64,000 nucleotides of DNA, from the NCBI GenBank assembly GCA_046350855.1, contig JAXLZM010000004.1, positions 10,491-74,490 of the forward strand, in the 5' to 3' direction. Positions 18,237 to 27,575 of the stretch are shown one piece after another (the stretch's first letter is position 1; every line of letters begins with the position of its first letter). The translations under genes and the position numbers were made by a program. This DNA comes from Candidatus Anderseniibacteriota bacterium. GTDB lineage: Bacteria; Patescibacteriota; JAUYIX01. The notes beneath the pieces were generated by a model. The model saw nothing but the letters and a program-made list of their open reading frames with translations. It did no database searches and had not been told where the DNA came from.

Positions 18237-19118
18237 ATGCTCCGTCGTCTACTCTTTTTTGCAGGTGCAGCCCTCGTCTTTATTCTCGGCTCGGGCATCG
18301 CCATTTGGCGCGCGATCAGTAGCCCCTATCCCTACTCCTTTATCTTTTTTGGAGACGCCGGTGAGCCTAACCAACACTGGAACGCGATTGCGACGAGCAT
18401 CGTCAAACAGGTGCAGACCGACCCTATCGATGGGCTGTTTATGCTGGGTGACAACATCTACGACAGCGGGGCCACGAGCGCCACAGATCCACGATTTGCC
18501 GAACTCTACGAAAAACCCTTTGCGCCAATTAGTGCTTCTAGCAAAATCGATGTGGTTTTGGGCAATCATGACGTCATCACCGACAATGGCCAGGGCGAAC
18601 TCGACTACGCGGCGATGCATGCTTACTGGCATTTACCGAGCCAGTATTATGCGGACACCTACGGGCCGATCGAGGTAATCGGACTCGACTCCAATCAGGC
18701 CGCGGTCGACCAAGTTCAATTAGACTTTTTGCGAGAGGAACTTACCAACGACCACGCTCAGTTACATATTGTGTTGGCCCACCATCCGATCTACTCATCG
18801 GGGCTACATGGACGTGCCAACGATCAACCCTGGATGCACACACTCGTGCAGCCGGTGTTACAGGCGGGCAACGCAGATTTCTTTTTAGCGGGCCATGACC
18901 ATGACTTTGAGGCAATCAAATCGGACGGGTCGGGGGTTAACTACATTGTATGCGGTGGTGCAGCACGCCCCCGACCAATCACGGCAAGTGCGCTGAGCGA
19001 ACAGGTTCTGGAAGGATACACGTTTTGCCGACTCGACGTGTCAAAGCAACAAGCGGTGTTACGCGTGTACGGAGAAACCGGCGAACAACTCTGGCAAAAA
19101 GAGTATGTGCTTCGGTAA
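18237..19118 (+). CDS. Calcineurin-like metallophosphoesterase, purple acid phosphatase-like
   Basis: Metallophosphatase motifs GDAGE...GDNIYDSG...GNHD...GHDHDFE follow an N-terminal TM segment. Confidence 0.8.
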   Translation: MLRRLLFFAGAALVFILGSGIAIWRAISSPYPYSFIFFGDAGEPNQHWNAIATSIVKQVQTDPIDGLFMLGDNIYDSGATSATDPRFAELYEKPFAPISASSKIDVVLGNHDVITDNGQGELDYAAMHAYWHLPSQYYADTYGPIEVIGLDSNQAAVDQVQLDFLREELTNDHAQLHIVLAHHPIYSSGLHGRANDQPWMHTLVQPVLQAGNADFFLAGHDHDFEAIKSDGSGVNYIVCGGAARPRPITASALSEQVLEGYTFCRLDVSKQQAVLRVYGETGEQLWQKEYVLR

Positions 19119-19167
19119 AGCACATGATACTGACGTATCAAAGAGACAGGATCAGCCAATAAGAAAA

Positions 19168-19191
19168 GCCGCACTCGAGTGTGAGTGCGGC
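19168..19191. terminator. Stem-loop between convergent genes, a candidate bidirectional terminator
   Basis: GCCGCACTC-gagtgt-GAGTGCGGC is a 9-bp perfect stem. It lies between the stop at 19118 (+) and the stop at 19216 (-). There is no strong U-run. Confidence 0.35.
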
Positions 19192-19215
19192 TGGACTGGT
19201 GAGGCGCGGCGGGGA

Positions 19216-19458
19216 TTAGAGGTCGGGATTCATGATCAGCTGATCAACCGACGAAGACGACACCCCTGTCGCTACGATCTTTTCGCGTAGCTGATCGTAG
19301 AGGCCAGCGTACTTACGTCGCTCCTTAGCGAACTCATTGAGTTCACCAAAAGCGCGGTAGGCATCCTCGGCCGGCTGCAAGTCGTTGCAGATAGACTTGG
19401 CCGAACGGGCGCGGGTGATGAGGTTGCGTTGTTCTCGGGTCAGCTCCAGCGTTGTCAT
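19216..19458 (-). CDS. Hypothetical small protein (81 aa)
   Basis: ORF trimmed to the Met at MTTLELTREQRNLITRARS.... No recognisable domain. Confidence 0.35.
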   Translation of the reverse strand: MTTLELTREQRNLITRARSAKSICNDLQPAEDAYRAFGELNEFAKERRKYAGLYDQLREKIVATGVSSSSVDQLIMNPDL

Positions 19459-19578
19459 GACGCACCCCCAGGGAAGAAAGGTCTGCTCTAAGCCTGAGCC
19501 GGCCAGAGCCACCCGTCAACGGGGTTTTCAACAGCCAAAAAACCGCGGCAGGAACCATGGTGCATTGTCGTATTTGTC

Positions 19579-19654
19579 TGGTGACCCCACCGGGAATCGA
19601 ACCCGGGTTTCAAGGATGAGAACCTTGTGTCCTAGGCCACTAGACGATAGGGCC
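19579..19654 (-). tRNA. tRNA-Glu (anticodon CTC)
   Basis: A 76-nt cloverleaf: GGCCCTA acceptor stem (two G-U pairs), D-arm TCGTCTAGTGGCCTAGGAC, anticodon arm CAAGG-TTCTCAT-CCTTG, T-arm CCGGG-TTCGATT-CCCGG, 3' TGGGGTC-A-CCA. Confidence 0.8.
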
Positions 19655-19700
19655 GCGCTAGGTAGCCGCTATCCTGCCAGGGATTTTAACTTTGCTCAAG

Positions 19701-21044
19701 CTAGCGGTTCTCCCAGAGTCCGGTTTGGCGCACGAGCAATTGATCGGCGCGCTCGGGCTCGGCCATGAGTGATTTGACCACACGCTCCATGCGCATCACT
19801 TGGCTACCTTTGACCAGCAACACATCCCCCGCGCGCATGACCGTCTGCAAGACGGCCTCGACTTGGCTGGCATCGTTGACGTGCGTCTGCCGTTGGTCGA
19901 TCAAGCCCACTTGCTCGGCGGCGAGGGCCGCAAACTTCATTTTTGGGCCGACAAAAATCGCAAAGTCACAGGCAGTGGCGGCGCGTTTACCGACCGCTTG
20001 GTGTCCAGACTCGGTCGCGGCGCCTAGTTCGGCCATGTCACCTAAGATCGCGATGCGACGACCCTGCGGTTTGAGCTCAGCTAAGACGTCCAACGCTGCA
20101 CTGGTCGAGGCGGGAGAAGCGTTGTAGGTATCGTCAATAATGAGGGAATCTTTGAGACCCGGAATGAGGTTCATCCGACCAAGCGGTGGGACAAACTCCA
20201 GCAAGGCCTGGCTGATCTCGACCAAGTTGCGCCCGCGCGCTAGCCCCACTGCCGCCGCCGCCAAAGCCGAGTACACCTGCTGGGTCCCAAGGACACGCGG
20301 CAAACGCACCGGGACGGTCTGGCCCTTATAGCTGATCTTAAAGGCCGTCCCGAGCGGCACCCCGAGACCCTGCAGCCGTTGCAAAGTGTGATCCTGCAGC
20401 GCTTTGTCCGGTAATTGATCCGTGGCAGTGAGACCAATACCCCGTACGTCCGCTTCGTTGTGGATCCCAAAGGTCATCACGGTACCATCGTGTGGTCGCA
20501 TTTTACTGACCCGTGGATCGTCGGCGTTGACGATGGCGATTCCGCTCGCGGGGAGCGCCTCAATAATCGTGGCTTTTTCTTTAGCGATTGCCTCGAGACT
20601 CGTAAAAAACTCCAAGTGCGACTCACCCACGTTAGTCACGACACTGATCGAGGGCTGCGCAATCGCGACCAACTGAGCCAAATCCCCCGGATGATCCATG
20701 GCCATCTCAAGCACCAAAACGGCGGGGTAGTGTTCAGCCGTAGATCGGGCCGAACCGCGCGCGAGTGTGCGGGCCCGACGCAGTAATCGCCACCAACCTA
20801 AGAGGCTGCGGCCTGGCGAGGGTTCTCCCAAAATGGTGAGTGGCAAACCGAGCTCGTTGTTGTAGTTACCTTGGCTCGCCCGAACGGTCTCGTGTGTCCC
20901 AAGTACCGCGGCAATCGCGTCTTTAGTACTGGTCTTGCCGACACTGCCCGTCACCGCTACGACAACCGGCTTGTAACGCGCCAACACCGCGCGCGCTGCC
21001 TCGGCCAACTGCTGCTCTAGTTTTACCTGAAACTGTCGTTGCAT
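19701..21044 (-). CDS. murF: UDP-N-acetylmuramoyl-tripeptide--D-alanyl-D-alanine ligase
   Basis: Mur ligase P-loop VVAVTGSVGKTSTKD. It is about 447 aa and sits in a dcw-cluster context. Confidence 0.9.
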   Translation of the reverse strand: MQRQFQVKLEQQLAEAARAVLARYKPVVVAVTGSVGKTSTKDAIAAVLGTHETVRASQGNYNNELGLPLTILGEPSPGRSLLGWWRLLRRARTLARGSARSTAEHYPAVLVLEMAMDHPGDLAQLVAIAQPSISVVTNVGESHLEFFTSLEAIAKEKATIIEALPASGIAIVNADDPRVSKMRPHDGTVMTFGIHNEADVRGIGLTATDQLPDKALQDHTLQRLQGLGVPLGTAFKISYKGQTVPVRLPRVLGTQQVYSALAAAAVGLARGRNLVEISQALLEFVPPLGRMNLIPGLKDSLIIDDTYNASPASTSAALDVLAELKPQGRRIAILGDMAELGAATESGHQAVGKRAATACDFAIFVGPKMKFAALAAEQVGLIDQRQTHVNDASQVEAVLQTVMRAGDVLLVKGSQVMRMERVVKSLMAEPERADQLLVRQTGLWENR

Positions 21045-21058
21045 AGAGTATCTAGGGC

Positions 21059-22900
21059 TTAGTTCTTCTTATTCTCACGATTCTCGGGGATCCGCAAGTA
21101 GTGCAGGATCTGCGGCACCAACTCTTTAAACATGGGAGCGGCAGTGTTAGCTCCGTGGATCGAGGTGGCTGGGTCAAACAACCGGATCAGTACCATGATC
21201 TGTCGGTCGCCCGGCACCGGCCCGTAGCCTTCAAAGGAGGCGATCCAGGTGCTGCTATCGTAGACTCCTTTGTCGTTGGCCACCTGCGCGGTACCGGTCT
21301 TACCGGCCATGACATAGTTGTCGATGCGGGCCTGGTTGGCCACACCGTTCTCAACCGCTGAGACGAGCATGGCGGTAGTCTTGAGTGCGGTTGAGGGTTT
21401 GAGCGGTTCACTCACCACTTTTGGCGTAACCTCCGTCACCGTCCCATCCGGCGCTCTAAACTCACGCACGATATGGGGTTGCATGATACGTCCCTCGTTG
21501 GCCAGCGAACTCAAAGCCGTAATGAGGTGCAACGGCGTGGTAGCAATACCCTGTCCAAAACCGGTGGTAGCAAGCTGTGACTCGGACCAGGTGTCAGGGT
21601 CGGCCACGTGCACCTCAGCCTCTGAGTCTAACTCGATGCCGGTTAGCGCATTGAGACCGTACTTAACCAAATAGTCGTAGAGATCATCGCTCCCAATTTT
21701 TTGTGAGATCTGCGACATGGCCACGTTAGAGGAGCGCTCGAGTGCACCGGTTGTGGTGATCAACCCTGGTCCTTTTTGGTCAAAGTTACAGATGTTAAAG
21801 ACGTCCACCTTACGGCAGCCATTGTCGACGTAGGTGGTGTTCTCGTCGATCAAGCCCAGGTCAACCCCCGCCGCAACCACCAGAGGCTTAAAGGTAGAAC
21901 CCGGTTCGTAGCTATCAAAGATGGCCGAATTTTTAAAGACCGAGAGATCTTTGACCTCATCGTATGTATTGGGATCAAAATCGGGATAGGCCGCCATGCC
22001 CAGAATCTCGCCGTTGTGCGGGTTGAGCACGATAATGTCGCCATACTTAGCTTGATACCGCTTGACCCCCGCCTCTAACTCCTGCTGCGCCAGGTATTGA
22101 ATAGTCCGATCAAGCGTCAAAACGACATCCGTACCGTTTTGAGCGGGAGCCACCTGGTTGTCAGCTGCCACGATGCGCCGCCCACTCGAGTCGCTCTCAG
22201 ATTGGAGAGTACCGGCTTTACCGGCGAGTTCATCATTGTAGTACCCCTCGATACCGTACTGTCCGATCAGCGTCTCATCCGTAAACCCGACATAGCCCAC
22301 CACCTGCGCGGCCAAACTCCCCTCGGGGTAGGTCCGCCAGTCCTCGGCGTTAGCGGCGATACCCGCTAAGTCTTTACCATCTAACGTCTCCCACGTTTTT
22401 TTATCGACCTTGCGCTTGATGGGTTCGTAGAGATCTTCCTTATCCTGCAAACGTGCAATGAGGTCTTTTTGTTGGTCCTTGCTCAGCTTGAGAACCTCCG
22501 CGACTTGTGAGACGGTCGCCTCGATATCCTCGACGTCACGCGGCACGGCGTAGACAAACATGAGCTCTTGATTGGTGGCGAGCGGAAACTCCTCGCCCGA
22601 GTTGACATCCCGCGCATAAATCGTCCCGCGCGAAGGGTTGAGCTGCTTGATCAGCGCCCGCTGACCCTCGGCCACCGCTGAGTAGTACCGCCCTTGTGCC
22701 ACCTGTAAAAAAAACAGGCGCGAGACGATCGCCAGCGCAAACAGCAAAATAAAGAGTGACAAAAAAGGCACACGCTCCCGCTCCGGCTTACTCAGACTGA
22801 ACAACGAACGCCGGGTCCCACGCTTAGGAGGTCGCAAATCCCCCGCGGAGCGTGCTCGGTCGGTGCGGTTACCGCTTGGCTTAAAAAAACTCGCCATCAC
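21059..22900 (-). CDS. ftsI: Peptidoglycan D,D-transpeptidase (class B PBP, FtsI/PBP2-like)
   Basis: N-terminal TM segment. Transpeptidase motifs STFK (GSTFKPLVVAAG), SSN and KTGTA. Confidence 0.88.
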   Translation of the reverse strand: MMASFFKPSGNRTDRARSAGDLRPPKRGTRRSLFSLSKPERERVPFLSLFILLFALAIVSRLFFLQVAQGRYYSAVAEGQRALIKQLNPSRGTIYARDVNSGEEFPLATNQELMFVYAVPRDVEDIEATVSQVAEVLKLSKDQQKDLIARLQDKEDLYEPIKRKVDKKTWETLDGKDLAGIAANAEDWRTYPEGSLAAQVVGYVGFTDETLIGQYGIEGYYNDELAGKAGTLQSESDSSGRRIVAADNQVAPAQNGTDVVLTLDRTIQYLAQQELEAGVKRYQAKYGDIIVLNPHNGEILGMAAYPDFDPNTYDEVKDLSVFKNSAIFDSYEPGSTFKPLVVAAGVDLGLIDENTTYVDNGCRKVDVFNICNFDQKGPGLITTTGALERSSNVAMSQISQKIGSDDLYDYLVKYGLNALTGIELDSEAEVHVADPDTWSESQLATTGFGQGIATTPLHLITALSSLANEGRIMQPHIVREFRAPDGTVTEVTPKVVSEPLKPSTALKTTAMLVSAVENGVANQARIDNYVMAGKTGTAQVANDKGVYDSSTWIASFEGYGPVPGDRQIMVLIRLFDPATSIHGANTAAPMFKELVPQILHYLRIPENRENKKN

Positions 22901-22941
22901 TGGTTAGTGTATACCACTCCAAAAGCCGCAACGGTCGAGGC

Positions 22942-23337
22942 TTACTGATTGCTCGCCGCTTTAGCCAAGGTCTCGTCGCTCAAGCGAATCGTGCTCACTT
23001 TGGTGACGGGTACAAAATTGAGCTGGCTGTCCTTGAGAGAATTCTCTAAACGATCGATCGAGCGCAATTTGGAGAGGTCGACTTCGAGCTGTTCGTTTTG
23101 CTCACGTAACTGGTCGGCCTGTTGCTCTTTGGTATGCAGGTCAAAACCTTCGGCTGAGGTGGTGCTAGTCGACATAATAAAGAAAAGCGCCAGGATCCCG
23201 ACCAGACCGACCGTGACGATGGTCAGGGTAACGGGCCCGAGTTTAACCGGAAAACGCAAGGCTCGCGTGCGACCAGCACGTGCTCCAAGCCCAGATCCCG
23301 TTGCTCCCGAACGTGTAATGGAGAGTAGGCGCGCCAT
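22942..23337 (-). CDS. ftsL: Cell division protein FtsL-like, a septum-formation initiator
   Basis: Single TM segment followed by a coiled-coil (QQADQLREQNEQLEVDLSKLRS). It lies between mraZ and ftsI. Confidence 0.55.
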   Translation of the reverse strand: MARLLSITRSGATGSGLGARAGRTRALRFPVKLGPVTLTIVTVGLVGILALFFIMSTSTTSAEGFDLHTKEQQADQLREQNEQLEVDLSKLRSIDRLENSLKDSQLNFVPVTKVSTIRLSDETLAKAASNQ

Positions 23338-23341
23338 CGGC

Positions 23342-23773
23342 TTAGACCCCTAGGTCAGTTAGTTGTTCAGCGATATCACCACTCTTTTTCTCGGTAGCAG
23401 CGGTGTACCGTTGCCAGGCGGCTTTATCCCAGAGTTCGATGCGGTTGTAGAGACCGGCTAAGATCACCTGCTTGGCAATTTTGGCGTAGTGACGCAGATA
23501 CTCCGGCAGAACCACTCGCCCTTGTCGGTCGAGCTGCACATCCATCGCACCCGCCAGCATCAAGCGCGCAAAGGCTCGGGTGTTGGATTTGGCGATAGAA
23601 AGCTTAGAGAGACGGTCGGCCAGGGACTTCCACTCCTCGAGCGGGTACAAAAATAAGCTGCCGTCTAAACCACGGGTTACTACGGCTCCTTTAGAGAGGC
23701 GCGCCCTAAATTTAACCGGCACCGCGAGGCGGCCTTTGTCATCGATATTGTGCTGGTACTCCCCTATAAACAC
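23342..23773 (-). CDS. mraZ: Transcriptional regulator MraZ
   Basis: MFIGEYQHNIDDKGRLAVPVKFR..., two DXXXR/SpoVT-AbrB half-domains. Confidence 0.9.
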   Translation of the reverse strand: MFIGEYQHNIDDKGRLAVPVKFRARLSKGAVVTRGLDGSLFLYPLEEWKSLADRLSKLSIAKSNTRAFARLMLAGAMDVQLDRQGRVVLPEYLRHYAKIAKQVILAGLYNRIELWDKAAWQRYTAATEKKSGDIAEQLTDLGV

Positions 23774-24015
23774 TGGTTTGGGCGGTTTTAAGCGGTTTTT
23801 AGTTGGATTTCACGACTGGTGGAACACGTAGAGCAGCCCCGCCGGAGAGTAACGCCTGATCCAGGGCGATCAGACAGCTACTCTCCGCTAGGCCGTGTCT
23901 TGCAGGGACTTGTCCACCTTTCGGCTTCCTTATCCCCACAATTATCCACTTTTCACCTCTCTGAATCCATTTTATTCCACCTGACTTCCCCTTGCAACCC
24001 CCATCCACTACAAAA

Positions 24016-24037
24016 AAGTGGCCAAATTTGGCCACTT
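24016..24037. promoter_or_regulatory. 22-bp perfect palindrome AAGTGGCCAAA|TTTGGCCACTT upstream of mraZ, a candidate operator
   Basis: Perfect inverted repeat with no loop. Each arm contains AAGTGG, which resembles the MraZ box (AAAGTGG/GTGGG). Further GTGG(G/A) repeats on the minus strand at about 23915-23985 are spaced roughly 10 nt apart. Confidence 0.45.
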
Positions 24038-24086
24038 ATACACAGATTTGTCGAGCGAGCGTCGCGTTACGGCTTATAGACGCACG

Positions 24087-24602
24087 TTACTGCCAGGTAA
24101 ACGAGCGTGCCAGGGTCTCAAACGCTTCGAGGGTGGTGACCGAGGGGTGTTCTACCAAAAAAATGAGCCTGGTTTTACCGCGCTCAAAGCCAAGCGCGGT
24201 TGTAGTGGGCCCCTGTGCCCGCAGGCCTGACTCACGTTGCACATAGGGCCGCACGGCTTGCGCTTTGGTCAGCTCGCGCAAGGTTTGCGCAAGATCCGCG
24301 CTATCGGTTGCGATGCGGAGATGAATCTCGCCGTCCTTGGTGTGCAAGCTGTGGAGCGTGTCGGATTTTGGTTCATCCGTGACGCCGGCGGCAAGCTGTA
24401 TCGTAGCGGCACCATCAAGCAAGACCAATGTTTGGCTGGTTTTAGTAGCGTCACTAGGAAAGTACTTATTAAAAGCGACGGCCGCGTTGCTCCCGGTCTG
24501 ATGGGTCTCGAGCAGCTGCGCCTCTAGATGCTGGCCATACTGCGGGACGACGTGTGCGAGCAGGCCGAGTGTGGTGATCAACCCGAGCGTAAGCAGCCCC
24601 AT
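24087..24602 (-). CDS. Hypothetical membrane-anchored protein
   Basis: ORF trimmed to the Met at MGLLTLGLITTLGLLAHV... (TM segment). No recognisable domain. Confidence 0.45.
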   Translation of the reverse strand: MGLLTLGLITTLGLLAHVVPQYGQHLEAQLLETHQTGSNAAVAFNKYFPSDATKTSQTLVLLDGAATIQLAAGVTDEPKSDTLHSLHTKDGEIHLRIATDSADLAQTLRELTKAQAVRPYVQRESGLRAQGPTTTALGFERGKTRLIFLVEHPSVTTLEAFETLARSFTWQ

Positions 24603-24668
24603 CGTGAGGTAGGGCCAGATTCCTGACCGGTGTGTACGACTCCCCTTGTGGGTTACCTGCGGCATGCC

Positions 24669-25274
24669 TTAGGCAAACAGCGTGTTGAACTTTTTGCGGA
24701 CGTTATCGGAGAGCTCGTTGACGACGATGAGATGTTCGTGATCAAAAATGTCCTTGAGAAACCGATCGGTCATGTTTTGGCGATACTCAAACTCATCCTC
24801 GGACATGCAGGTGTAATTGATCTCCTCGCTGATATCATCCTCAAGAGAGGAAATGAGGCGCTCGAGCCGTTTTTTATCGACACTGTTGCCCACCACCAAC
24901 AGATCGGTGCGCGGGCTGGGATGCTTGGTAAAGACACCGGTCAGGACGGCCAGTCGAATGTTGCCGACCGATTCAACCTGCTTAATGAGGCGTTGCTCGG
25001 GAGTAACACCAACTTTGAGGATCAAAGCACGCAGTTCTGGAAAAAACGGACAGGATTTACGGATCATGTAGTAGCGGCGGCGGTTTTTATCGATGCTCTC
25101 AACCAAGCCGATTTTTTCGAGGATCGACAACTCGCGGCGCACCGAGTTAATAGTGTCCGAGAGACGACGCGTAATCTCACGCACAAAGTAGGATTTATCC
25201 GGGTCGGTCAAAAGTAAGGTCAGCACTTTGACCCGTGTTTTTGAGCCGAACAATTTAGAGAGGGTGTTTGGCAT
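24669..25274 (-). CDS. Putative winged-helix transcriptional regulator
   Basis: An N-terminal wHTH-like segment (VKVLTLLLTDPDKSYFVREITRRLSDTINSVRRELSILEKIGLVE) and its position divergent from the 25401 gene. Confidence 0.5.
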   Translation of the reverse strand: MPNTLSKLFGSKTRVKVLTLLLTDPDKSYFVREITRRLSDTINSVRRELSILEKIGLVESIDKNRRRYYMIRKSCPFFPELRALILKVGVTPEQRLIKQVESVGNIRLAVLTGVFTKHPSPRTDLLVVGNSVDKKRLERLISSLEDDISEEINYTCMSEDEFEYRQNMTDRFLKDIFDHEHLIVVNELSDNVRKKFNTLFA

Positions 25275-25312
25275 GTACGAGCAGAGCCTAGGTTGAGTAC
25301 GAATTTAGTTCA

Positions 25313-25329
25313 AGTGGAACGGTTCCACT
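25313..25329. promoter_or_regulatory. 17-bp palindrome AGTGGAAC-g-GTTCCACT in the divergent intergenic region, a candidate operator
   Basis: Perfect 8-bp arms around a single central nucleotide. It lies 39 nt upstream of the wHTH regulator start and 72 nt upstream of the divergent membrane-protein gene. Confidence 0.4.
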
Positions 25330-25400
25330 CTACGCTCACGTCTGTTGGTACGCAAGCGGTGCTTGGCCAGTCGGGGTTGGCTTGCCAACTACCCGCCTGA

Positions 25401-27575
25401 ATGGTACGTTTTGGCACCATGACGGAACGTGCAGCGGCCGCCACTCCGTCGGCATTGCGGCTCGCAAACTTCAATACGTTCAACCCAAAAACGAGCCTGC
25501 ATTTTGCAGAGACCTACGTTTTTAGACCCAAGCAGCTTGCCTCTTTTGGCGAACTCTTTGTCGTGCTGCAAATCGATCACGCCACCAAGTCCAGCCCGCA
25601 AGTAGGTGATGCGGTCGCCACGATTTTGAACCACGAGTACTTTAGGGGCAACCCCACCAACGTCGTCCAAAACTTGGAGGATGCGCTCCACAAAACCAAT
25701 GAGATTTTGTCGGACTTAGCGGCACGGGGTGAGATCCACTGGATCGGCAAACTGCACGCCGTGATTGGTGTGTTTCAAAAGGACACCATTCACCTGAGCG
25801 CCAGTGGTCGCGGCAAGGCTTTTTTGGTGCGAGATGGTGAGATCGCCGAGGTGACGGCCGGACTGTATGACAGCAGCCGCGCCGCAAGCCCCATGAAGAC
25901 CTTTGAGAACCTCGCCTCGGGGGAACTACGCGAGGGTGACACCCTGATCCTCACGACACCGGGCGTAACCGATTACGTTACCCCAGAGGCTCTGCGCACG
26001 ATTCTAGAAAATAAGGAGCCGGTTGAGGCAGTTAAAACGATTCAAACCCGCGTGAGCCACGATGCTGCGGCGGCTAATGCCTCGGTAGTCTTTCGGTATA
26101 GTAAGCAGCAGCTCTCCCCCGCGGTTGGGATCGGCGTGAGTGCAGCGCCGCACGTGCATACGTACGAGAGTGAACCACCCGCCAAGGAGCACAAAGAGCA
26201 ACTCGCAACGGTTGCACCAACCTCTGGTCGCAGTGCTGCGGCACCCCAAAAGAAAAAGAGCGTGCTCGCTGGAGTGACCGGTTTTTTTAGTGCACTCACC
26301 AAGCGCATTAGTGGACTGGTAGCGCGCCGCGGTCGCTCGCGGAGCGTCTCAAAGGACAAGCCGGTCAGCGCCGCCAGAGAGTCGATCAAGACTCCTCAGA
26401 TGGATGCAACTGCGTCCAGTAATAGACAAAAAACGAGCGTGGGGTCGCTCTGGACCCGTCTCAAAAAAGCAATCATCCGCATGCCAGCCCGGGTCAAAGT
26501 CTTTGGAGCATTGGCCTTACTGCTGGTAGTGATTTTTGTGGTGAGCTTAGTCATTTTTACCAGTGTCCGCGGTTCTCGCCAAAACCAAGCCTCGATCACT
26601 AGCCAATTTAGTGAAGCTAAAAAGCTCGAAGAAGACGCGGCCGCGGCAATTATTTTTCATGATCTGACGCAAGCCCAAAATCTTCTCAAGCAGGCCGAAG
26701 AAAAACTAAAAGGGCTGCCCGACAACAATGCCGCCATCGGCAGTGACCTTGAGACGCTTAAAGGCAAAATCGCAGCCGACTACGAAAAACTCTCCGGCAG
26801 TGTGCGTATCAATGAGCCAACTAAGCTGGCAAGTTTATCCGGTAACCCCTTGGGCGTAACCCTACTCAATGGAGAACTGGTTAGCTGGCTCTCCAACGGC
26901 AAAATTTCCGTTGTGGCGATTAAAGATGGCGACACGGCCACGGCCGCCACCCTCAGTAAAGAGCTGGGACAGCCCCTAGTTGGTGCCGTGGACGAGTCGC
27001 AACTGGTGCTTTTGACCGACGAAGATAGCGCGGTGGGTTTTGAGGATGGCAAATTAAAAGAACTCGAGATGGGCGGAACCTTTGCTCCCAAGCAAGCCGT
27101 GGCGGTTGAGACCTATGGTAACCGTCTTTATGTGTTGGATGCCGGCAAAAAAGAGATTACGCGGCATCAGCGCACGATTGCCGGCTACGGACAGGGTTCG
27201 AGCTGGATCTTAGACGGCACCTCGATCGAGGGGGCGGTCGACTTGGCTATCGATGGCAACGTGTGGGTCCTCAAATCGGATGGTTCGATCATTAAGTTTT
27301 TGCAAGGCAGCAAAGAGGACTTTACTCTCGGACCCGTGGTTGATCCGCTGGAATCCCCCACCCGCATCGTGACCTCCGAGGATTCTAAGTATCTCTACAT
27401 TTTAGAACCAAAGAAAAAGCGCCTACTACAGTTTGACAAAGAAAAAGGCGACTTTATTAAACAGTTTGTCTCGGACGCCTTTACCGACCTACGCGACATG
27501 GCCATCATTGACAAGGGTGCCAAGGCCTATCTGCTCAACGGTGATTCGGTCTTTGAAATCGACCTCAATAAGTAG
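25401..27575 (+). CDS. Large membrane protein with an N-terminal degenerate PP2C-like domain, a TM segment, and an extracellular repeat/beta-rich C-terminal domain
   Basis: SASGRGKAFLVRDGEIAEVTAG and GDTLILTTPGVTDYVTPEALRTIL resemble PP2C/SpoIIE motifs, but no DGxGG metal-binding motif is seen. TM segment VFGALALLLVVIFVVSLVIF. The start could be the Met at 25419. Confidence 0.55.
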   Translation: MVRFGTMTERAAAATPSALRLANFNTFNPKTSLHFAETYVFRPKQLASFGELFVVLQIDHATKSSPQVGDAVATILNHEYFRGNPTNVVQNLEDALHKTNEILSDLAARGEIHWIGKLHAVIGVFQKDTIHLSASGRGKAFLVRDGEIAEVTAGLYDSSRAASPMKTFENLASGELREGDTLILTTPGVTDYVTPEALRTILENKEPVEAVKTIQTRVSHDAAAANASVVFRYSKQQLSPAVGIGVSAAPHVHTYESEPPAKEHKEQLATVAPTSGRSAAAPQKKKSVLAGVTGFFSALTKRISGLVARRGRSRSVSKDKPVSAARESIKTPQMDATASSNRQKTSVGSLWTRLKKAIIRMPARVKVFGALALLLVVIFVVSLVIFTSVRGSRQNQASITSQFSEAKKLEEDAAAAIIFHDLTQAQNLLKQAEEKLKGLPDNNAAIGSDLETLKGKIAADYEKLSGSVRINEPTKLASLSGNPLGVTLLNGELVSWLSNGKISVVAIKDGDTATAATLSKELGQPLVGAVDESQLVLLTDEDSAVGFEDGKLKELEMGGTFAPKQAVAVETYGNRLYVLDAGKKEITRHQRTIAGYGQGSSWILDGTSIEGAVDLAIDGNVWVLKSDGSIIKFLQGSKEDFTLGPVVDPLESPTRIVTSEDSKYLYILEPKKKRLLQFDKEKGDFIKQFVSDAFTDLRDMAIIDKGAKAYLLNGDSVFEIDLNK

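Noticed and set aside
23799-24230. Two small ORFs, both starting MAKFGH (23799..24035 minus and 24018..24230 plus)
   Set aside because: Both start inside the 22-bp perfect palindrome, which reads the same on both strands, so they are artefacts of the inverted repeat. The region is better explained as the mraZ regulatory region.
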